From contig NW_027191415.1 of assembly GCF_041146345.1 (NCBI RefSeq), positions 1,302,001 through 1,366,000 of the forward strand: a DNA stretch of 64,000 nt. Direction: 5' to 3'. The stretch is from Neodothiora populina (lineage: Eukaryota). Below are positions 60,519-64,000 of the stretch, one piece after another (position 1 is the stretch's first letter; each line of letters starts with the position of its first letter). The translations under genes and the position numbers were made by a program. The notes under the pieces were generated by a model, which was not told the DNA's origin, ran no database searches, and saw only the letters and a program-made list of their open reading frames with translations.

Positions 60519-62741
60519 TCAAGCTGGCGGTAGGAGCCTTATGACGGCGACTTTTCGTCCCACGGCAAACAACAGACTTTTGCCTTCTGCGTCCCATGAC
60601 AGCGAAGGCTCGTGCACGGCTTGCACGTCCACGTCTCCGTCCACGCCCTGCTGTCGTCTGTTGATGTTGTTGTTGTTGTTGTTGTTGTTGTTGCTATCGT
60701 CAAGGTTAACTTCGCCTTGCACTGGCGCCCCGTGATCATCATCTTGCATCATATCCATGGATTCATCGACGTCGTCGGGGTCGGTCTGGGTCCAATGCTG
60801 GGGACTGGCTCTCCAGTTCAATACAGGGAATTTGGGAGAAACCGAGAGGTTCCAGACCTTTATTGTCTCCTCGCTCGCGACAGCTAGATGTTGTCCGTCG
60901 GGTGACCATGAGAGAGCCAAGGCGGCCTCGGGTAGGTGAGGGGTGCCCAAGTGCAGAGTGTGGAGTGGGGTGCACGAGTCGTGGGTCACGGCGTAGATGT
61001 TGACGGCGCCAGTGTGATGTGTCGTCGCCAGTCTTCGGGGGACAGCTGCGCCGGCATCAAAGTCTCCGTTTGCGTCTTCGTCTTTGATCGGCGGCGCGTG
61101 TTCAAAGGCCATGGCGGAGATTTGCTGTATGGAGGGGTCGCCGGCGGCAGGGAAACCAGGCAGAGGCGTCCACCCGTCGTCGGAAGGACTGCGACGGAGC
61201 AGAACGATTGCGTCGTCGTTGATGGCGGTGGCGGCAAGGACGCGGTTGTGTGAATCGTATCTGACTTTGCCCCAGGTCTTGTCCGTGGTCCAAGAATGCA
61301 GCTTGGTCAGATTCCGAGTTCCGATCGAGGGGGATGAGTCGCCGTCGGCCATCACGCTGTCGGTCGCATCTGTGAATTTTAGTCTGTAAGCCTCGAGGCA
61401 TTGTTCGCCCGAGACTATGATCTCGTCGTCGGTGGCCCAGACAGCGTCCAAGATCTGCTTGGCGAAGAGCTTCATGGCGATGGGCTCCTCGGCGGGACCT
61501 TGCCAGATGTCGACGAGACCTCGCTTGACACTGGTGGAGACGCTGAGCAGAAGGCTGCCCGGGCGATTGTAGCGCAGAGCCATGTTGACCGTAGGGCTCT
61601 GGCGCTGCAACAGTTGAATGTATGCGTTGTCGCTGTATATGCGCTTTGCGCCTCGTGCCTTCTGGGTCTCCGTGTCGAATAGACAGCGCACGACATGCTG
61701 GGAGCCGTTGATCTGGCGCAGGAGCTCGACGCTGCACGTGGCGTATCTACCCGAAGGATGCCAGCACGCGGCGGTGGTGATTGAGCCCGGGGGCATGTCC
61801 TCGACGTCGAAGTGGTGTGTTGTATCCGAGAGGGTGTTGTCGCCATTGGTGGTGGACGAGGCGGGTTGCTCGGACGAGGAAGGGACGTTGTAGAAGCGAC
61901 AGAGAGCATCGCCGGCAGCGAGAAGGTGCGCCGTCGTGTCGGGTTGTGGATTCCAGAGAGCGTGGACGATGTTTGCGCCTTCTTTCTCGACGGACCAGTA
62001 TATCGTCTCGCTCCGCTTTGCTCTGAGTGACTCGTCTGTCTGGGTGGCGGCGGAGATGGTCTCGGTGGCGGGCGGGAGAGGCGGCGACGAGGCGGAATTG
62101 GTGGCTATATCTACAGCTTCCGAGGTGCCTCTGTCTGTGGCAGTGTCGGTGGGCAGGCCGTCTTCGCTGGGCAGTTCCCCGTCGTCGGCGGTGGTGGCAG
62201 GAGTTTTGGGGTCGACGTCCATGGCATCGCCATTGGTCTGCGGCGGGGCGGCGGGCACCGAGGGCTCGTCGGCGCTGCTCTTCTTGACGCGCTTGGGAGG
62301 AGGCAGGGGAAAGTCATTGCTGGCAGCCGAGGCGGAAGCGGCGACGTCACTGCGCTGCCGATGGTGATGTTGATGATGGGAAGAGACCGAAGTCTTGACG
62401 TCTGTCCGCGCATCTCGCCGTGTGTCGGATGTGATGGAAGCGCGACGATTGGAGACAGAAAGAGACAGAGGATCCGAAGTCGAAGGGATCAGATTGAAGC
62501 GCGGCGACTGTTTGGTGACGTGGGCCTGCAGTCGGTCGTGGAAGAGTCCGTCCTGGATGATGTTGACCAGCTCGAATTGCTTGACCTGCGAAGCAAAAGG
62601 CAGCTTCTCCGGATCGTGATACTCGTCCGGTCGATGCCAGTCTTGGTGCAGGGCCTTGGCTGCGTTTTCATGACCGGCTTCCTGGAGGTATCGCAGGATG
62701 AGGTAATTGATGTGGTCGGAACCGAGAGCGCCGTCGCCCAT
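60519..62741 (-). CDS. LisH + WD40-repeat protein (Sif2/TBL1-like, putative Set3/HDAC complex subunit)
   Basis: LisH DHINYLILRYLQEAGHENAA; WD-like repeats (HALWNP, AACWHPSG, LSWSPDGQHLAVAS...IKVWNL, LSWDAEG). Confidence 0.75.
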   Translation of the reverse strand: MGDGALGSDHINYLILRYLQEAGHENAAKALHQDWHRPDEYHDPEKLPFASQVKQFELVNIIQDGLFHDRLQAHVTKQSPRFNLIPSTSDPLSLSVSNRRASITSDTRRDARTDVKTSVSSHHQHHHRQRSDVAASASAASNDFPLPPPKRVKKSSADEPSVPAAPPQTNGDAMDVDPKTPATTADDGELPSEDGLPTDTATDRGTSEAVDIATNSASSPPLPPATETISAATQTDESLRAKRSETIYWSVEKEGANIVHALWNPQPDTTAHLLAAGDALCRFYNVPSSSEQPASSTTNGDNTLSDTTHHFDVEDMPPGSITTAACWHPSGRYATCSVELLRQINGSQHVVRCLFDTETQKARGAKRIYSDNAYIQLLQRQSPTVNMALRYNRPGSLLLSVSTSVKRGLVDIWQGPAEEPIAMKLFAKQILDAVWATDDEIIVSGEQCLEAYRLKFTDATDSVMADGDSSPSIGTRNLTKLHSWTTDKTWGKVRYDSHNRVLAATAINDDAIVLLRRSPSDDGWTPLPGFPAAGDPSIQQISAMAFEHAPPIKDEDANGDFDAGAAVPRRLATTHHTGAVNIYAVTHDSCTPLHTLHLGTPHLPEAALALSWSPDGQHLAVASEETIKVWNLSVSPKFPVLNWRASPQHWTQTDPDDVDESMDMMQDDDHGAPVQGEVNLDDSNNNNNNNNNINRRQQGVDGDVDVQAVHEPSLSWDAEGKSLLFAVGRKVAVIRLLPPA

Positions 62742-63666
62742 GATGGCCGGCAGTTCTGAATGATGAATCGAGAGAGAAAGAGAAAGGAACGAGAGGTGGG
62801 TGAGTCAGCCTGTCACCTGTCCATGTCCCGTTGCTGTGGCTGCGGCTGTGGCTGTAACAAGTCGATAAAACAAGTTGACCAAAAGATGATGGATGGGGAG
62901 GATTGGCAGCGAGCTAAGAGTGCAGCAAGATAGATGATGCAAGTGCACTGCAGATACAGAGTGCGGGCACAAGCAGAAGCAGTAATAGCAATCAAAGAGC
63001 TAAGGTTCCCTTAGGTGCCTAGTGTATGGCGCGAGTTGATACACCAAGACTCGGGGGAGGGTTGACGAGACGGACAAGAACAAGAACAAGAACATCAGGG
63101 CTGACTCTCTCAGACGTCTTTTCTCTATCGCTGCTGTCTGTCCCGTTATTCTTCTCGTACCTTAAAGAAACAGAGACAGACAAGAACTGCGGATCTCGGA
63201 CTCGACCTTCTCCAGCCAATCGGAAGCCTTGACGAAAAGTACAAGTTTGTTAAATCTGGGGGAGACTGAGAGCAGAGACTGTCTTGGACAATAAGGTAAT
63301 CAATCATCCTGCCACGATCTACCGAATTGTACCTTGCCTTAGGTAGGTAGGTAGGCGATTATTTGTGGTTACTTTATTCTTTCTTGCCAAGGTACCCTAC
63401 TGTACTGCACTCTACCGTTACTCCATCGAAAGAGTTGGACTGTGCGTCTTTTTGTCTCTTGTGGTTCTCTTGTCGTGGGTCCAGGGCATTTCTTCTACTG
63501 TTGCTATAGTACCTTGCTGTGCAGTAGCTTAAGGTAGTCAGTGACAAGATAAAGTAGTAGCTGTATTGCTTTGTAGGCAGCCCTGTATCTGTTTATTATT
63601 CATTCCTTTCCTTCTGTCTCGCTTCAAAACAAAAAGAGGTGTCTGGATGGGTTCTCCACCATCAAA

Positions 63667-64000
63667 ATGCCTCTTCGAATCAACTTGCCGCCTCTCACTC
63701 GCTCTCTGCTCCTCGCTCTGCTCACCCTGACTCTACTCAATGCCTCGCTGCGATACCGACAATGGTCGCCCGCCACGGACACGGGTCCCAGGTGGGACAC
63801 CCTGACCGTCCCCTTTCTGACCATGGTCCCCGCCCTGTCGCTGCGCTATCCCTATGTCGTGCTGACCTCTGCCCTGGTTGAGCAGAACATATTCAGCTTC
63901 TTTGCCTCTGCTCTGACTCTGTTCTATGGTGGTCGCTATCTCGAGCGCGCATGGGGAGGCGCCGAGTTTGCCAAATTCGTTTTGTTTGTCACGACGATAC
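63667..64000 (+). CDS. TMEM115 / DUF1751 rhomboid-like membrane protein, 5' part (runs off window)
   Basis: Translated by hand: MPLRINLPPLTRSLL...VPFLTMVP...YPYVVLTSALVEQNIFSF...LFYGGRYLERAWGGAEFAKFVL. Confidence 0.85.
   Translation, partial: MPLRINLPPLTRSLLLALLTLTLLNASLRYRQWSPATDTGPRWDTLTVPFLTMVPALSLRYPYVVLTSALVEQNIFSFFASALTLFYGGRYLERAWGGAEFAKFVLFVTTI

Noticed and set aside
1..64000. tRNA, rRNA, snRNA, TPP riboswitch, CRISPR array, transposase/RT remnants, RIP-type AT-rich blocks
   Set aside because: No diagnostic motifs recognised by eye; tRNAscan-SE, Infernal and RepeatMasker runs would be needed to exclude them.

Overview
Eukaryotic, intron-containing genomic DNA from a filamentous ascomycete (GT..CTRAC..YAG introns, a Zn2Cys6 factor, END3, tricalbin; Dothideomycete-like by impression only). 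About 21 protein-coding loci. Conserved core genes: a tandem cNMP-binding/F-box/LRR protein, a Zn2Cys6 transcription factor, MsrA, tricalbin, a DUF7514-like protein, UGP1, an IRC5/LSH-type SNF2 ATPase, END3, a dual-specificity phosphatase-like protein, a LisH-WD40 protein and a partial TMEM115-like gene. Accessory-looking genes: a decayed SDR, a metallo-beta-lactamase-fold hydrolase, an enoyl-reductase-like MDR, a Fet3-like multicopper oxidase, two MFS transporters, an F-box protein, GH125, GH31 and an internally deleted APH/kinase-like gene. I recognised no tRNA, rRNA, CRISPR array or intact transposon. Most notable observations: (1) an F-box/LRR protein with two intact-looking cyclic-nucleotide pockets; (2) nested helices around a telomere-complementary TAACCCTA in the gene-free 25.5-27.7 kb gap, a speculative telomerase-RNA-like ncRNA; (3) a ~160-codon open frame continuing in frame past the tricalbin UAG; (4) a 1-nt frameshift in the conserved WYPPGHG motif of UGP1, probably a sequencing error; (5) a secreted Fet3-like oxidase lacking the ferroxidase carboxylates and membrane anchor. 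All family calls are from motif recognition by eye, and no database searches were run.
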